From the NCBI RefSeq assembly GCF_964213995.1, contig NC_135819.1:7564001-7628000 (forward strand): a stretch of 64,000 nt of DNA, in the 5' to 3' direction. Positions within the stretch are counted from its first letter, which is position 1. Each line of letters opens with the position of its first letter. The position numbers and the translations under genes are program-made. The stretch comes from Mustelus asterias. Its lineage: Eukaryota. The notes under the pieces were generated by a model. The model did not search any database. It was not told the DNA's origin and was given only the letters and a program-made list of their open reading frames with translations. Of the stretch, positions 12,018 to 25,436 are shown piece after piece.

Positions 12018-12742
12018 GATGTGGAGATGCCGGCGTTGGACTGGGGTAAACACAGTAAGAAGTTTAACAACACCAGGTTAAAGTCCAACAGGTTTATTTG
12101 GGAGCAAAAGCCACACAAGCTTTCGGAGCTGCAAGCCCCTTCTTCAGGTGAGTGGGAATTCTGTTCACAAACAGAGCATATAAAGACACAAACTCAATTT
12201 ACATGAATAATGGTTGGAATGCGAATACTTACAACTAATCAAGTCTTTAAGAAACAAAACAACGTGAGTGGAAAGAGCATCAAGACAGGCTAAAAAGATG
12301 TGTATTGTCTCCAGACAAGACAGCCAGTGAAACTCTGTGGGGGTTACAAATAGTGGGACATGAACCCAATATCCCGTCCTCGTGTGTGCGGAACTTGGCT
12401 ATCAGTTTCTGCTCAGCGACTCTGCGCCGTTGTGTGTCGCGAAGGCCGCCTTGGAGAACGCTTACCCGAATATCAGAGGCCGAATGCCCGTGACCATACA
12501 CATCTTTTTAGCCTGTCTTGATGCTCTCTCCACTCATGTTGTTTTGTTTCTTAAAGACTTGATTAGTTGTAAGTATTCGCATTCCAACCATTATTCATGT
12601 AAATTGAGTCTGTGTCTTTATATGCCCTGTTTGTGAGCAGAATTCCCACTCACCTGAAGAAGGGGCTTGCAGCTCCGAAAGCTTGTGTGGCTTTTGCTAC
12701 CAAATAAACCTGTTGGACTTTAACCTGGTGTTGTTAAACTTC
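12018..12742. mobile_element. Penelope-like element with inverted ~250-bp pseudo-LTRs, GIY-YIG remnant and 14-bp TSD
   Basis: Arms ~12055-12305 and ~12496-12742 are reverse complements; minus ORF 12280-12501 (QGGLRDTQRRRVAEQKLIAKFRT) resembles the GIY-YIG C-terminus; TAACTGTAAATTAT at 12004-12017 and 12743-12756. Confidence 0.85.
12651..12687 (+). ncRNA. Minimal type-I hammerhead ribozyme motif in Penelope pLTR (mirror copy 12114-12150 on minus strand)
   Basis: CAC-CTGAAGA-A-GGGGC/TTGCA/GCTCC-GAAA-GCT-T-GTG: CUGANGA and GAAA core, stem II, palindromic AGCU stem III. Confidence 0.7.
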
Positions 12743-13689
12743 TAACTGTAAATTATCCACACATCTTTCAATGGGTCAGGGAGCATTCAAAACTTAGTTT
12801 GAAAGCTAGGAGCAACAAGCATTTCGCAACATCTGTTACGCCAATCTGAGTGTTATTAAAAATTGACTCCAAAAGGACATCCAAGGCCCAGCCGTGCTCA
12901 GGGGCTCGATCCTCAATCTGGGAATGGCAACCTGACATCTGGATCATTCCTGGATCCCAACCACGTTCCTGGTATGCTTTCCTCAAATGCAGCTTCTGTT
13001 TGGGCCTCTGGTGAGTTTGGCACTGGCTCAGTGGCATTAAGTCCTTCCAAAGATGGGAACTGATTCCTGAGTACAAATCCCATGGATTTACAGCTGCATT
13101 ACAAAACAGAGAAGGCAGGAGATCAGACGGCCAGCAGAAACGTGGTGAGACGAGTAGTAAACCAGAGAACAAGAAGGTACTACACCCACGCTGACATAGA
13201 AACCCTATATGGGAAAAAGGATTTGACCATTAGCATGAAGTGATGGCTTCCCACATTGCAACTGCTGTGCACTAACTTGCACCAGACTGTTGTGGCCTTC
13301 CCCAGCTCCTCATGGAGCTTTATGGGCAATTAATTTAAGGTGAATGGGCTCTTGGCTTCTCCACCTTTCTCTCAGCACACACCCTTAAACATTGAACGTA
13401 GCAGAGAATCCCAGAGGTGTACAAGCCATTATTTTCATAGCAAACTTCCATTAATCTCGACAACCACAACCCCTTCCACATACGTTCCCTGGGTAGTCAA
13501 AAATCAAACCCAACTCTACAGCGTAGGGAGAGAGAGGAACACTAAAGCCAGCCCTATGAGAGAGAAGAAGATAATAGTAGGTATATTTTACTCAGAATAT
13601 TCTTTCAGGCAATGCAGAGATACTAGACTCTGAGAGATAACCAATAAGTGAAACAAGCTTTAGGTCCAAATGACTTTTCCTTCTGCTGA

Positions 13690-14005
13690 TTAGAACCAGA
13701 GAGCACAACCTCAGGCTAAAGGGACGATCCTTTAAAACAGAGATGAGGAGGAATTTCTTCAGCCAGAGAGTGGTGAATCTGCGGAACTCTTTGCTGCAGA
13801 AGGCTGTGGCCCAGTCCAACGCCGGCATCTCCACAGAGTGTCTTTAAGACAGAGATAGATAGGTTCTTGATTAATAAGGGGGTCAGAGGTTATGGGGAAA
13901 AGGCAGGAGAATGGGGATGAGAAAAATATCAGCCATGATTGAATGGCGGAGCAGACTCGATGGGCCGAGTGGCCTAATTCTACTCCTATATCTTATGGTC
14001 TTACG
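13690..14005 (+). mobile_element. CR1 LINE 3' end fragment
   Basis: FKTEMRRNFFSQRVVNL-type C-terminus followed by a CR1-type 3' UTR. Confidence 0.8.
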
Positions 14006-14589
14006 ATTACAACAAACAAATTGGTGCAAGGTATGTTTATTTCCAGAATGGCCCACGTGCTGATGTTACTATCACTCTCCTGCTTTCTTCACTGTCAGAG
14101 GTTTCCTCACAGTGACAGAAATGTCTAAAGGAAATCCATCTGGCTGCCTTCCACATCTCAGTAGTCAGAGGAGGTGATGGTCATGGAGCAGATCAGCCAA
14201 TCTCGTGATGCAGGGAGAACAAAACAAACTGGAAAGGCTCACACCCAGAACCCCACACACTGACATCCAAGCCTCAACTGGGATGGTGTAGACAGATTCA
14301 ATTAAAGCTCACAGTAAAGGAAAATTAGTGAGTACATCAGCCTGTTCTACTCATAGTGACTGATGCAAAAGTAGTAGAGTTAGATACTTGGGCTGTCTGC
14401 AGAATAAATTTCAAAAATAAAGAATGTGACCCTCTGATGATGGCTCTGGTTTTCTCACAGTGAGCAAGTGTGATGGATTCCTGCAATGTGTGTATTGGCT
14501 GTGTGGGTCAGTTTCCGCTCTGTCCTTTAGGAATTCAAACGCATCACAGCAAAAATCCAAATGAAGTGAATTTCTTATCCGTGTTGCAG

Positions 14590-14883
14590 CTTTTATGGAT
14601 CCGCCTAGAATCCTTGACAAAAGACCCATAGAAGTGAAGCGAGAAACCACGTTAACATGTGAAGTCTCGAATGTCTATCCTGCTGAGAAAATGAGGGTAA
14701 GATGGTCTCAGGATGGTAAAGAACTGAATTCAACGACAACAAGACCAAATTCCAATACGGTCCGGGAAACAGCAGCATGGACACCACAGGTGTCGGGTCT
14801 GACGGAAGTTGTCTGTACGGCTGATTTTGAGGAGTATCCATCAGTTCCACCAAAGAATAACACCATTTTCATTATGGTGTATG
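14590..14883 (+). CDS. Gene A exon 4, Ig domain 3
   Basis: ttgcag acceptor; TTLTCEVSNVYPAEKMRVRWSQDG...VVCTADF...IMVY; G|gtaaga donor. Confidence 0.95.
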
Positions 14884-14909
14884 GTAAGAATCCTGTTTAT
14901 TGGCAGCAT

Positions 14910-15582
14910 TGAAGCCTTGAAGGTGGCAACACAGGTGGAGAAGGTGGTGAAGAAGGCATATGGTATGCTTGCCTTTATAGGACGGGGTATAGAGTATAAA
15001 AGCTGGAGTCTGATGATGCAGCTGTATAGAACGCTGGTTAGGCCGCATTTGGAGTACTGCGTCCAGTTCTGGTCGCCGCACTACCAGAAGGACGTGGAGG
15101 CATTGGAGAGAGTGCAGAGAAGGTTTACCAGGATGTTGCCTGGTATGGAGGGTCTTAGCTATGAGGAGAGATTGGGTAGACTGGGGTTGTTCTCCTTGGA
15201 AAGACGGAGAATGAGGGGAGATCTAATAGAGGTATACAAGATTATGAAGGGTATAGATAGGGTGAACAGTGGGAAGCTTTTTCCCAGGTCGGAGGTGACG
15301 ATCACGAGGGGTCACGGGCTCAAGCTGAGAGGGGCGAAGTATAACTCAGACATCAGAGGGACGTTTTTTACACAGAGGGTGGTGGGGGCCTGGAATGCGC
15401 TGCCAAGTAGGGTGGTGGAGGCAGGCACGCTGACATCGTTTAAGACTTACCTGGATAGTCACATGAGCAGCCTGGGAATGGAGGGATACAAACGATTGGT
15501 CTAGTTGGACCAAGGAGCGGCACAGGCTTTGAGGGCCGAAGGGCCTGTTTCCTGTGCTGTACTGTTCTTTGTTCTTTTGTTC
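14910..15582 (+). mobile_element. Young 5'-truncated CR1 LINE
   Basis: Uninterrupted ORF2 C-terminus (LVRPHLEYCVQFWSPHY...FFTQRVVGAWN) and TGTTCTT-type tail; near-identical to 22460-23130 in inverted orientation. Confidence 0.95.
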
Positions 15583-16059
15583 ATTACAATCAGATAACGT
15601 TCGGATAGTTCATGGTAGTTAATATTGCAGCGTGTCAGATTTACATCATTTCAAACAATAAAATCCCTCCCATTGAGTTTGGAAGTTTATTGACGCGTTT
15701 ACATATTCAGATAATGAGCCTGAGTGGAACATAAGAGATGGCTAATTGGGCGGGAGGGCCTGTTGCTGGGCCATATATCCGATGTAATCAAAGAGAAGCT
15801 GCTTCAGAGAGTATTTGTGACACTTGCTATTGCCTGATTTTCAGGAAATGTTGCTGACACTTGAGGATCATAAGAAAATGTTGAAACCAGTGACTGCGTA
15901 GTTTGGATTGCAAACACAGTGATCTGTTTCATCTTAACTAAAGAAATCATTACTTAGCAAGAGAAAGAGTTATGTTCAGTGATGAAGATTATATATTTGG
16001 TAAGGCTAGAATGATATTTTAATTAATTCCACTAAAAATAATCATCTATCAGACAGTCC

Positions 16060-16955
16060 CTAGAGGTCTACAGCACTAAAAAAGGCCCTTCGGACCATTG
16101 CATCCATGCCAGTCAAAGGCAAACCACCCAACTATTCCAATCCATTTTCCAGCATTTAGTCCATAGCCTTGTGTGCCTTGGCATCACAAGTACACATCTA
16201 AATACTTCTTAAATGTTGTGAGGGTCTCTGCCTCTACCATCTTTCAGACAGTGAGTTCTAGACTCCCACCACCCTTTTAGTGAAAAAGATTTTCTTCACA
16301 TCCCCTCTAAACCTCCTGCCCCTTAACTTAAATCTATGCCCCCTGGTCATTGATCCCTCCACCAGGGGAAAAAGTTTCTTCCTGTCTACTCTATCTGTAA
16401 GAAGTTTAACAACACCAGGTTAAAGTCCAACAGGTTTATTTGGTAGCAAAAGCCACACAAGCTTTTGGAGCTCCAAGCCCCTTCTTCAGGTGAGTGGGAA
16501 TTCTGTCATACTCCACATCATACTCTATCTGTGCCCCTCATAATTCTACACCCTGCAATCATGTTCCCCCTCAGTCTTCTGAATGAAAACAACCCCAGTC
16601 TATCCAACCTTTCTTCATAACCCCAGTCCAGGCAACATCCTGGTAAATCCCTCTACCCTTTCCAGTGCTATCACATCCCTCCTATACTGTGGATTCCAGA
16701 ACTGCACACAATACTCTAGCTCTGGTCTAACAACGTTTTACTTAGTTCCAGCGTAACCTCCCTGATCTTAAACTCTATGCCTCTGCTAATGAAGCCAAGA
16801 ATACCATATGCCTTCTTAACCACTTTATTCACCTACCTGAAGGGACCGTGTACATGCACACCAAGATCCCTCTGGTCCTCAGTGTTTCCTAAGGTCCTGC
16901 CATTTATCATGTATTTCCTTGCCTTGTTTGTCCTGCCCAAGTGCATCGCCTCACG
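16060..16955 (-). mobile_element. CR1 3' fragment interrupted by a Penelope pLTR fragment (16399-16520, TSD TACTCTATCTGT)
   Basis: Reverse-complement CR1 tail; insert shares AACAACACCAGGTTAAAGTCCAACAGG with the 12018 element. Confidence 0.8.
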
Positions 16956-17139
16956 CTGATCATAGAATCACAGAATCCCTTGAGTGCAAAAGGAGGTCAT
17001 TCGGCCCATCAAGCCTGCACCAACTCTCGAACAGAACATCTTATTCTGGCCCACCCCCGCCCTATCCCTGTAACCCCTCCTGCTGGTATTTCCTGGCCTG
17101 ATGTGCTAATCGAGCACCACAGCAGCCCAGGAAAATCGT

Positions 17140-18590
17140 ACCCTGATGTTTTTTGAGAATGTAACTAGTAGAATAGATAAGGGAGAGCCAGTGGATGTGG
17201 TGTATCTGGATTTTCAGAAGGCTTCTGATAAGATCTCTCATATGAGGTCAGTGGGCAAAATTAAAGTACATGGGAAAAGGGATAATATATTGACATGGAT
17301 CGAGAATTGGTTGACAGACAGGAAGCAGAGAGTGGGAAAAAATAGGTCTTTTTCCCAGTGGCAGGCAGTGACTAGTGGGGTACCACAGGGATCAGTGTTT
17401 GGGTCCCAACTGTTCACAAAATATATAAGTGACCTGGATGAAGGAACCAAATATAAAATTTCCAAATTCCCTGTCAACACAAAACGGGATGGAATTGTAG
17501 TTGTGAGGAGGATGCAAGGAAGTTTCAAGATGATTTAGACAAATTGATTGAATGGGCAAACACATGACAGATACAGTACAATGTGGCTAAATGTGAAGTT
17601 ATACACTTTGATATGAAAAACAGAAATGAAAAGTATGATTTAAATGGTGATATATTGGGAAGTGTGGATGTACAAGGACAAAGGGTGTCCTTGTACACCA
17701 ATCAATGAAAATGGAGAGGAAGGTTCAGCAAACAATTAGAAATACAAATGGTATGTTGTTCTTCATTGTAAGAGGATTTGAGTTCAGAAGTAGGGATGTC
17801 TTACTGCAGTTATACAGAGCCTTGGTGAGACCACACCTGGAGTATTGTGTGCAGTTTTGATCTCCCTACCGAAGAAAAGATATACTTGCCATAGACGGAG
17901 TGCAGCGGAGGGTCACTAGGCTGATATCGGGGTTGGTGGAACTGTCCTATGAGGACAGATTGGTTTGACTGGGCCTGCATTCACTAGAGTTTAGAAAGAT
18001 GAGAGGAGATCAGATTGAAACATATAAAATTCTAACAGGACTGGACAGACTAGATGCAAGGAGAATGTTTTCCCTGGATGGGGAATCTAGCCAGGGGACA
18101 CAAACTCAGGATAAAGGGGTGAACCATTTAAGACTGAGATGAGGAAACATTTGTTCACTCAGAGGGTGGTGAACCTGTGGAATTCGCTACGCCAGAAAGC
18201 TGTGGAGGCCAAGTCACTGAATGTATTCAAGAAAGAGATAGATCTCTTTTAGATTTTAATGGCATCAAGGATTATGGGGAGAAAGTGAGAATATTGCATT
18301 GAGACTGAGGATCAGCCATGATCATACTGAATGGCAGAGCAGGCTTGAAGGGCCAAATGGCCTCCTCCTGCTCCTAATTTCTATATTTCTATCCTGGGGG
18401 CTGTGGAGTTTCAGTCATTAAGTAAGTTCAAGATAGAGGTCCATAGATTTCTAGATATTAAAGACATAAAGGGATGTGGGGAAAGTGGGGAAAATGGAGT
18501 TGAGGTAGAAGGTTAACCTTGATCTAGTTGAATGGCGGAGAAAACTCAAAGGGCCATATGGCCACTCCTGCTCCTATTTCCTATGTCCCT
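17140..18590 (+). mobile_element. Degraded CR1 LINE(s)
   Basis: DVVYLDFQKA, SGVPQGSV motifs, followed by two CR1-type 3' UTRs. Confidence 0.85.
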
Positions 18591-18760
18591 GTGAAAGATG
18601 CCATGAGGCCTGGGACATCTATCTGATACATCAGTGAGGTGGATAGTGAGCAGTAAGCAATGAGCATACCCTCCTTTGTCTCAATATTATTATCGCAATG
18701 AGGGGCAGCAAGATAAACTTTGGGAATATTTCTAATCATGTCTTTCTATTATTTTTACAG

Positions 18761-19048
18761 TTTTCTCTGAACCTGAAATCCAAGTACCAGTCACCCTTGT
18801 AGGAAACCGGGTTAATATTACGTGCAGTGTGTTTAACGTCTCAGGACAACTTCAACTCAGATTGAAGAATGGAAGTGACGTGTTAGTGAATGAATTGAGC
18901 AATACTGGGCTCACTATCTATCATACTCTCGATGTACAAGCACAGCTGGATAAACAGCAGTACATATGTGAGGCTGAAATGAAACTTCAAGTTCAGCCAA
19001 TGACAAGCTCTATTGTTAAAAAACAGGTTATCACCCTCCAAGTCTTGT
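18761..19048 (+). CDS. Gene A exon 5, Ig domain 4
   Basis: ttttacag acceptor; RVNITCSVFNVSGQLQLRLKNG...DKQQYICEAEM...LQVL; T|gtaagt donor. Confidence 0.92.
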
Positions 19049-19129
19049 GTAAGTAGCATCATTTTCTAAATAGAGACCAATGAAAGTCTCATGACAATTT
19101 TTCTTCCAGGCCTAAACAAATTTAATTGA

Positions 19130-19615
19130 TCTCTTGGAAGTTGAGAGAAGGTTTACCAGACCAATGGCTGGAATGGGAGAGTTGTCTTATGAGGAAAGGT
19201 AGGACAGGCTACGCTTGTATCTGCTGGAGTTTAGAAGAGTAAGAGGCAATTTGGTTAAAACATATAAATCCTGAGGGATCTTGATACGATGGATGTGGAA
19301 AGGTTGTTTCCTCTGGTGGGAGAATCTAGAACTGAGGTCACTGTTTAAAAGTAAGGGGTCACCAATTTAGGACAGAGGTGAGGAGAATTCATTTCTCTGA
19401 GGGTTCTGAGGCTCTGGAAGTTTGTTCCTCAAAAGGCAGTGGAAGCAGAGCCTTTAAATATTTTTAAGGCAGAGCTAGATAGATTCTTGATAAACAAGGG
19501 GATGAAAGATGGGAATGTGGAGTTAAGGTTACAATCAGATCAGCTGCAAAATCATTGAAAGAGGGAACCAGCTCAAAGGGCCAAGTGACCTATTCCTGCT
19601 CCTAATTCATATGTT
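19130..19615 (+). mobile_element. Degraded CR1 3' fragment
   Basis: LSYEER-type C-terminal remnants and CR1 3' UTR. Confidence 0.75.
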
Positions 19616-19887
19616 CTTCACACATAGTCTGCTTTCCAGTGGTTCTTTTTGGTTGAAGAGAAACACAAGCTACAGGATAGGCTATGTGGAAACCCTGGCT
19701 GGAACTCTTGGTCCTGCACATTCCTCTACCGCTGCCAGTGAGAATGGAGAATTTGGCACTCAGCCAAATCTCTGTTCCCAGTAGCAAAACTGGAGAATCC
19801 CAGCTGTGGGTGAGGTGGGAAAATTCCCGCCACTGTGCATAACTATGCCAGTGCATTGTGCCACAAAGTGCAATCGTCTGAGTGAGT

Positions 19888-20234
19888 GGGCGGCACAGTA
19901 GCACAGTGGTTAGCAGTGCTGCTTCACAGCTCCAGGGTCCCGGGTTCGATTCCCGGCTCGGGTCACTGTCTGTGTGGAGTTTGCACATTCTCCTCGTGTC
20001 TGTGTGGGTTTCCTCCGGGGTGTTCCGGTTTCCTCCCGCAGTCCAAAGATGTGCGGGTTAGGTTGATTGGCCAGGTTAAAAAAAAAAATTGCCCCTTAGA
20101 GTCCTGAGATGCGTAGGTTAGAGGGATTAGTGGGTAAATATGTGGGGGTAGGGCCTGGGTGGGATTGTGGTCGGTGCAGACTTGATGGGCCGAATGGCCT
20201 CCTTCTGCACTGTAGGAATTCTATGATTTCTATG
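19888..20234 (+). mobile_element. tRNA-derived V-type SINE with CR1-like tail (elasmobranch HE1-like)
   Basis: A box TAGCACAGTGG, B box GGTTCGATTCC, core GTGTGGAGTTTGCACATTCTCC, tail TTCTATGATTTCTATGA. Confidence 0.85.
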
Positions 20235-20554
20235 AGTGTCCTCAGTCCTCTATATAACAAGGTGCATGTCCTGGATAGACCAGTGGGAAAGATATTAAGT
20301 GAAGACAAGACACATCCACATGGAAAGGTGTGGGGAAAACTGAGCCATAGTGGGCTGCTGTAATGTAAACGATAATAATAGAACCTATTTAATGAGGGAT
20401 GGAGAATGTTAGAATAGTATTTTCAATGGAGGTAATTATACATGGCTGTGAAGAATGAGTGGTTAACGTTTAGCTTATGAGCACTACTGAAGGACAGATC
20501 TAATTACCCAAACCTTGTGGAGAAAGATTGTACTGAAAATTGGGTGTTTACAGA

Positions 20555-21530
20555 ATGTGGAGGTGATGCCACAAAGAGATCAGCCACGATGTTATTGAAT
20601 GGTGGGGCCGAATGGCCTAATCCTGCTCCTGATTTACATGTGTGTATGTAGCTCAAGTAATTATCTAACTCGCTTTTGAAAGTCACTATTGAATCTGCTT
20701 CTACTGTATTTATAGGCGATGCATTCCAGATCACAACCAATTGTTGTTTCAGAAAGTAGTTTCCACATCTGACCTCTGGTTCTCTTTCTTATCACTTTAA
20801 ATCTGGGTCCCTGGTCAACGCTCTGCCACTGAAAACTGCTTCTCCTTATTTCTCTACTAAATTGGTTCAAAATTTTGAACACTTTGGTCAGATCTCCTCT
20901 TGGCTTTCACTGTACTAAGAGGTACGATCCCAGCTTTTTCAGGCTTTCCACATATCCCTCATCCCTTGTACCATTCTACAACTCTCTTCTGCATCCTCTC
21001 CAAGGCATTCTAAAAGTGTTATTTCCAGAATTGAATATAGTCCTCCAGCTGAGGCCTAGCTAGTGATTTATAAGGTTATATACGTTTAGCATATCTACCT
21101 TGCTTTTGTTCTCTATGCCTCTAAAATAAAGCCAAGGGTTCCATATTATTTTCTAATAATCTTCAGAACTGATCCAATTGCTGTCAAAGATTTCTGTATA
21201 AACACCCACAGCTCACCATTCCTTCATCCCTTTTATATTTGCGCCATCTAATTCATATTACACTTCAGTAGGAAGAACATGGAAAGGTATCACTTTACAC
21301 TTCTCTGCATTAAATTTTATCGACCACAGATCTGCCCATCTCACTAGTCTATGTCCTCCAAAGAAAGGCCTGTTAATGTACTCCTCATTCTTTACTATTT
21401 TTTCCAAGTTTTGTATCATCTGCAAAAGTTGTGCCTTGTTTGCCCAGGTTGAGGTTATTAATGTACAGTATATAGAAAAAAGCAGCAATCCTAATATTGA
21501 GCCCGAGGAAACACCAATGTTCACCATTCA
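20555..21530 (-). mobile_element. Old degraded CR1 LINE
   Basis: Minus-strand remnants WADLWSIKFNAEKCKVI and VVIWNA. Confidence 0.7.
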
Positions 21531-22459
21531 TCTTTTTTCTATCCTGACTTAATTATTCTATCGCACTCCTGACTGGTCTCCCACATTCTAAAATTGATGT
21601 CCCCCCATTATTATTATTGTGTAGTTCTTGCATCTTGTAATTTGTCTGAAAATTTGACCCTCTATCTCCTTGCCACTATTTGGAGGTCTATACTGTCCAA
21701 TCAGGAGCATAATATCTCTTCAATTGATCCTTAATTCTGAACAAGCAGATTCTGTTGTCCCTCAACCACCTTGAGACATGATTTAATGTGGGGGTAGTGG
21801 CCCCATCCACTGGCTGGAAAGTCAGGCTAAAGCTGCCACTCTGGCCCTGGAAGCCATGAAGCCATTTGGTGCTGGTCAGGAAATTATTTGCTTTAGGTTG
21901 TGGCTGATGTCATGCCTTCAATAGCTTCAGCCAGTCAGAGGACCAACAGCTCTTGCACTGGGAGTGGTGGCCACAGAGCTAGTCCTGGACTGGAAAGAGT
22001 GAAGCCGGGCAGTGAAGCAGGGAGATGGTGCAGATCGGCAGGGCCAGTCAGGAAAGCCTTGATGTGGGATGGGAATGGGGGTTGGGAGGCCAGGTGAGGG
22101 TGTAATCAAGATGTGGCTCCTTTTCCACTGGTTGGGTATCCTCCTTTGGACATAGGGCAGTAGCAGCAGGTGGAACCCTGCTGCCGTAACTGTCGTGCAA
22201 CCCCACAATCATGTGGCGTCCTCACTATCACCGGCTGTGCCTGGAAGAGGCTCTTACTTGGGCACTTGCTCAAGGGTGGGTGGTATGCCACCCAACACCT
22301 ACCCTGCCACTGCTAAAATACTAATGGAGGCAGGTATGTGGTGGGCATGGTACAAACCCCCAGCATCCGACCTGGCTTTTTTTACATTCCCCTGCCCACA
22401 CCCAGGAAATATAAAATTCCAGCATCATCACTCTCCAATGCTATTACGTTTCTTTCATC

Positions 22460-23411
22460 AAAGAACAAAGAACAGTACAGCACAGGAAACAGGCCCTTCG
22501 GCCCTCCAAGCCTGTGCCACTCCTTGGTCCAACTAGACCATTCGTTTGTATCCCTCCATTTCCAGACTGCTCGTGTGACTATCCAGGTAAGTCTTAAACG
22601 ATGTCAGCGTGCCTGCCTCCACCACCCTACTTAGCAGCGCATTCCAGGCCCCCACCACCCTCTGTGTAAAAAACGTCCCTCTGATATCTGAGTTACACCT
22701 CGCCCCTCTCACCTTGAGCCCGTGACCCCTCGTGATCGTCACCTCCGACCTGGGAAAAAGCTTCCCACTGTTCACCCTATCTATACCCTTCATAATCTTG
22801 TACACCTCTATTAGGTCTCCCCTCATTCTCCATCTTTCCAAGGACAACAAGCCCAGTTTACCCAATCTCTCCTCATAGCTAAGACCCTCCATACCAGGCA
22901 ACATCCTGGTAAACCTTCTCTGCACTTTCTCTAAAGTCTCCACGTCCTTCTGGTAGTGCGGCGACCAGAACTGGACGCAGTACTCCAAATGTGGCCTAAC
23001 CAGCGTTCTATACAGCCGCAACATCAGACTCCAGCTTTTATACTCTATACCCCGTCCTACAAAGGCAAGCATACCATATGCCTTCTTCACCACCTTCTCC
23101 ACCTGTGCTGCCACCTTCAAGGATTTGTGGACTTGCACACCTAGGTCCCTCTGTGTTTCTATACTCTTGATGGCTCTGCCATTTATTGTATAACTCCCCC
23201 CTACATTAGTTCTTCCAAAATGCATCACTTCGCATTTATCTGGATTAAATTCCATCTGCCATTTCTCCGCCCAATTTTCCAGCCTATCTATATCCTGCTG
23301 TATTGTCCGACAATGCTCTTCGCTATCCGCAAGTCCAGCCATCTTCATGTCATCCACAAACTTGCTGATAACACCAGTTACACCTTCTTCCAAATCATTT
23401 ATAAATATCAC
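22460..23411 (-). mobile_element. Young CR1 LINE (292-aa open RT C-terminus)
   Basis: IFINDLEEG, WAEKWQMEFNPDKC, LVRPHLEYC. Confidence 0.95.
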
Positions 23412-24222
23412 AAATATATATCACATATCACGGCTTCATTTTTTCTTTTCCTTTCTTTCCTGAATGTCTTAAAGTTAAAGTTTATTTATTAGTCACAAGT
23501 AGGCTTACATTAACACTGCAATTGTAACCAGGACTAATAAATTTCCAATTTTCCTCCTTTAAGCAAGGTTTCTCTTTCTGTCACTTCATGTGGTCATTTG
23601 TGCCTGAGCATTTAGAGAGGTTTAGTATGCTCAAGAATACTCAGCATGGCTTTGTCAAAGGCAGATCGTGCCTTATGAGCCTGGTGGAGTTCTTCAAAAA
23701 TGTGACTAAACACATTGACGAAGGGAAATCGGTAGATGTGGTTTATATGGATTTTAGCAAGGCGTTCGATAAGGTCCCCCATGCAAGGCTTCTAGAAAAA
23801 GTGAGTGGGCATGGGATCCAAGGGGCTGCTGCCCTGTGGATCCAGAACTGGCTTGCCCAAAGGAGGCAGAGAGTGGGTATAGATGGGTCTTTTTCTAAAT
23901 GGAGGTCGGTCACCAGTGGTGTGCCCCAGGGATCTGTTCTGGGACCCTTGCTGTTTGTCATTTTCATAAATGACCTGGATGAGGAAGTGGAGGGATGGAT
24001 TGGTAAGTTTGCCGACGACACCAAGGTTGGTGGGGTTGTGGATAGTCTGGAGGATGTCAGAAGTTACAGAGGGACATAGATAGGATGCAAGACTGGGCGG
24101 AGAAGTGGCAGATGGACGTCAACCCAGATAAATGCGTAGTGGTCCATTTTGGCAGGTCAAATGGGATGAAGGAGTACAATATAAAGGGAAAGACTCTTAG
24201 TACTGTAGAAGATCAGAAGGAC

Positions 24223-24992
24223 AAACAAAGAACAATACAGCACAGCAACAGGCCCTTCGGTCCTCCAAGCCCGCGCCGCTCCCTGGTCCAAACTAGACCA
24301 TTCTTTTGTATCCCTCCATTCCCACTCCGTTCTTGTGGCTATCTAGATAAGTCTTAAACGTTCCCAGTGTGTCCGCCTCCACCACCTTGCCCGGCAGCGC
24401 ATTCCAGGCCCCCACCACCCTCTGTGTAAAATACGTCCTTCTGATATCCGTGTTAAACCTCCCCCCCTTCACCTTGAACCTATGACCCCTCGTGAACGTC
24501 ACCACCGACCTGGGAAAAAGCTTCCCACCGTTCACCCTATCTATGCCTTTCATAATTTTATACACCTCTATTAGGTCACCCCTCATCCTCCGTCTTTGCA
24601 GTGAGAACAACCCCAGTTTACCCAATCTCTCCTCATAACTAAGCCCTTCCATACCAGGCAACATCCTGGTAAACCTTCTCTGCACTCTCTCTAAAGCCTC
24701 CACGTCCTTCTGGTAGTGTGGCGACCAGAACTGGGTGCAGTATTCCAAATGCAGCCGAACCAATGTTCCATACAACTGCAACATCAGACCCCAATTTTTA
24801 TACTCTATGCCCCGCCCTATAAAGGCAAGCATGCCATATGCCTTATTCACTACCTTCTCCACCTGTGACGTCACCTTCAAGGATCTGTGGATTTGCACAC
24901 CCAGGTCCCTCTGCGTATCTACACCCTTTATGGTTCTGTCATTTATCGTATAGCTCCCCCCTACGTTAGTTCTACCAAAATACATCACTTCG
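24223..24992 (-). mobile_element. Nested young CR1 LINE
   Basis: Open ORF2 C-terminus in ORF 24293-25081 and its own 3' tail. Confidence 0.9.
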
Positions 24993-25436
24993 CTTGGGGT
25001 CCGGGTCCATAGTACTCTAAAATCGGCCCCGCAGGTGGAGGAGGTGGTTAAGAAGGCGTATGGTGTGCTGGCCTTTATCAATCGAGGGATTGAGTTTAGG
25101 AGTCCGGGGATAATGATGCAGCTATATAAGACCCTCGTCAGACCCCACTTGGAGTACTGTGCTCAGTTCTCGTCGCCTCATTACAGAAAGGATGTGGAAA
25201 AGATTGAAAGGGTGCAGAGGAGATTTACAAGGATGTTGCCTGGATTGAGTGGCATGCCTTATGAGGATAGGCTGAGGGAGCTCGGTCTTTTCTCCTTGGA
25301 GAGACGTAGGATGAGAGGAGACCTAATAGAGGTATATAAGATGTTGAGAGGCATAGATCGGGTGGACTCTCAGAGGCTTTTTCCCAGGGTGGAAATGGCT
25401 GCTACGAGAGGACACAGGTTTAAGGTGCTGGGGGGT

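Noticed and set aside
19888-19960. tRNA gene
   Set aside because: A/B boxes are the head of a SINE followed by core and LINE-derived tail; same for 55397
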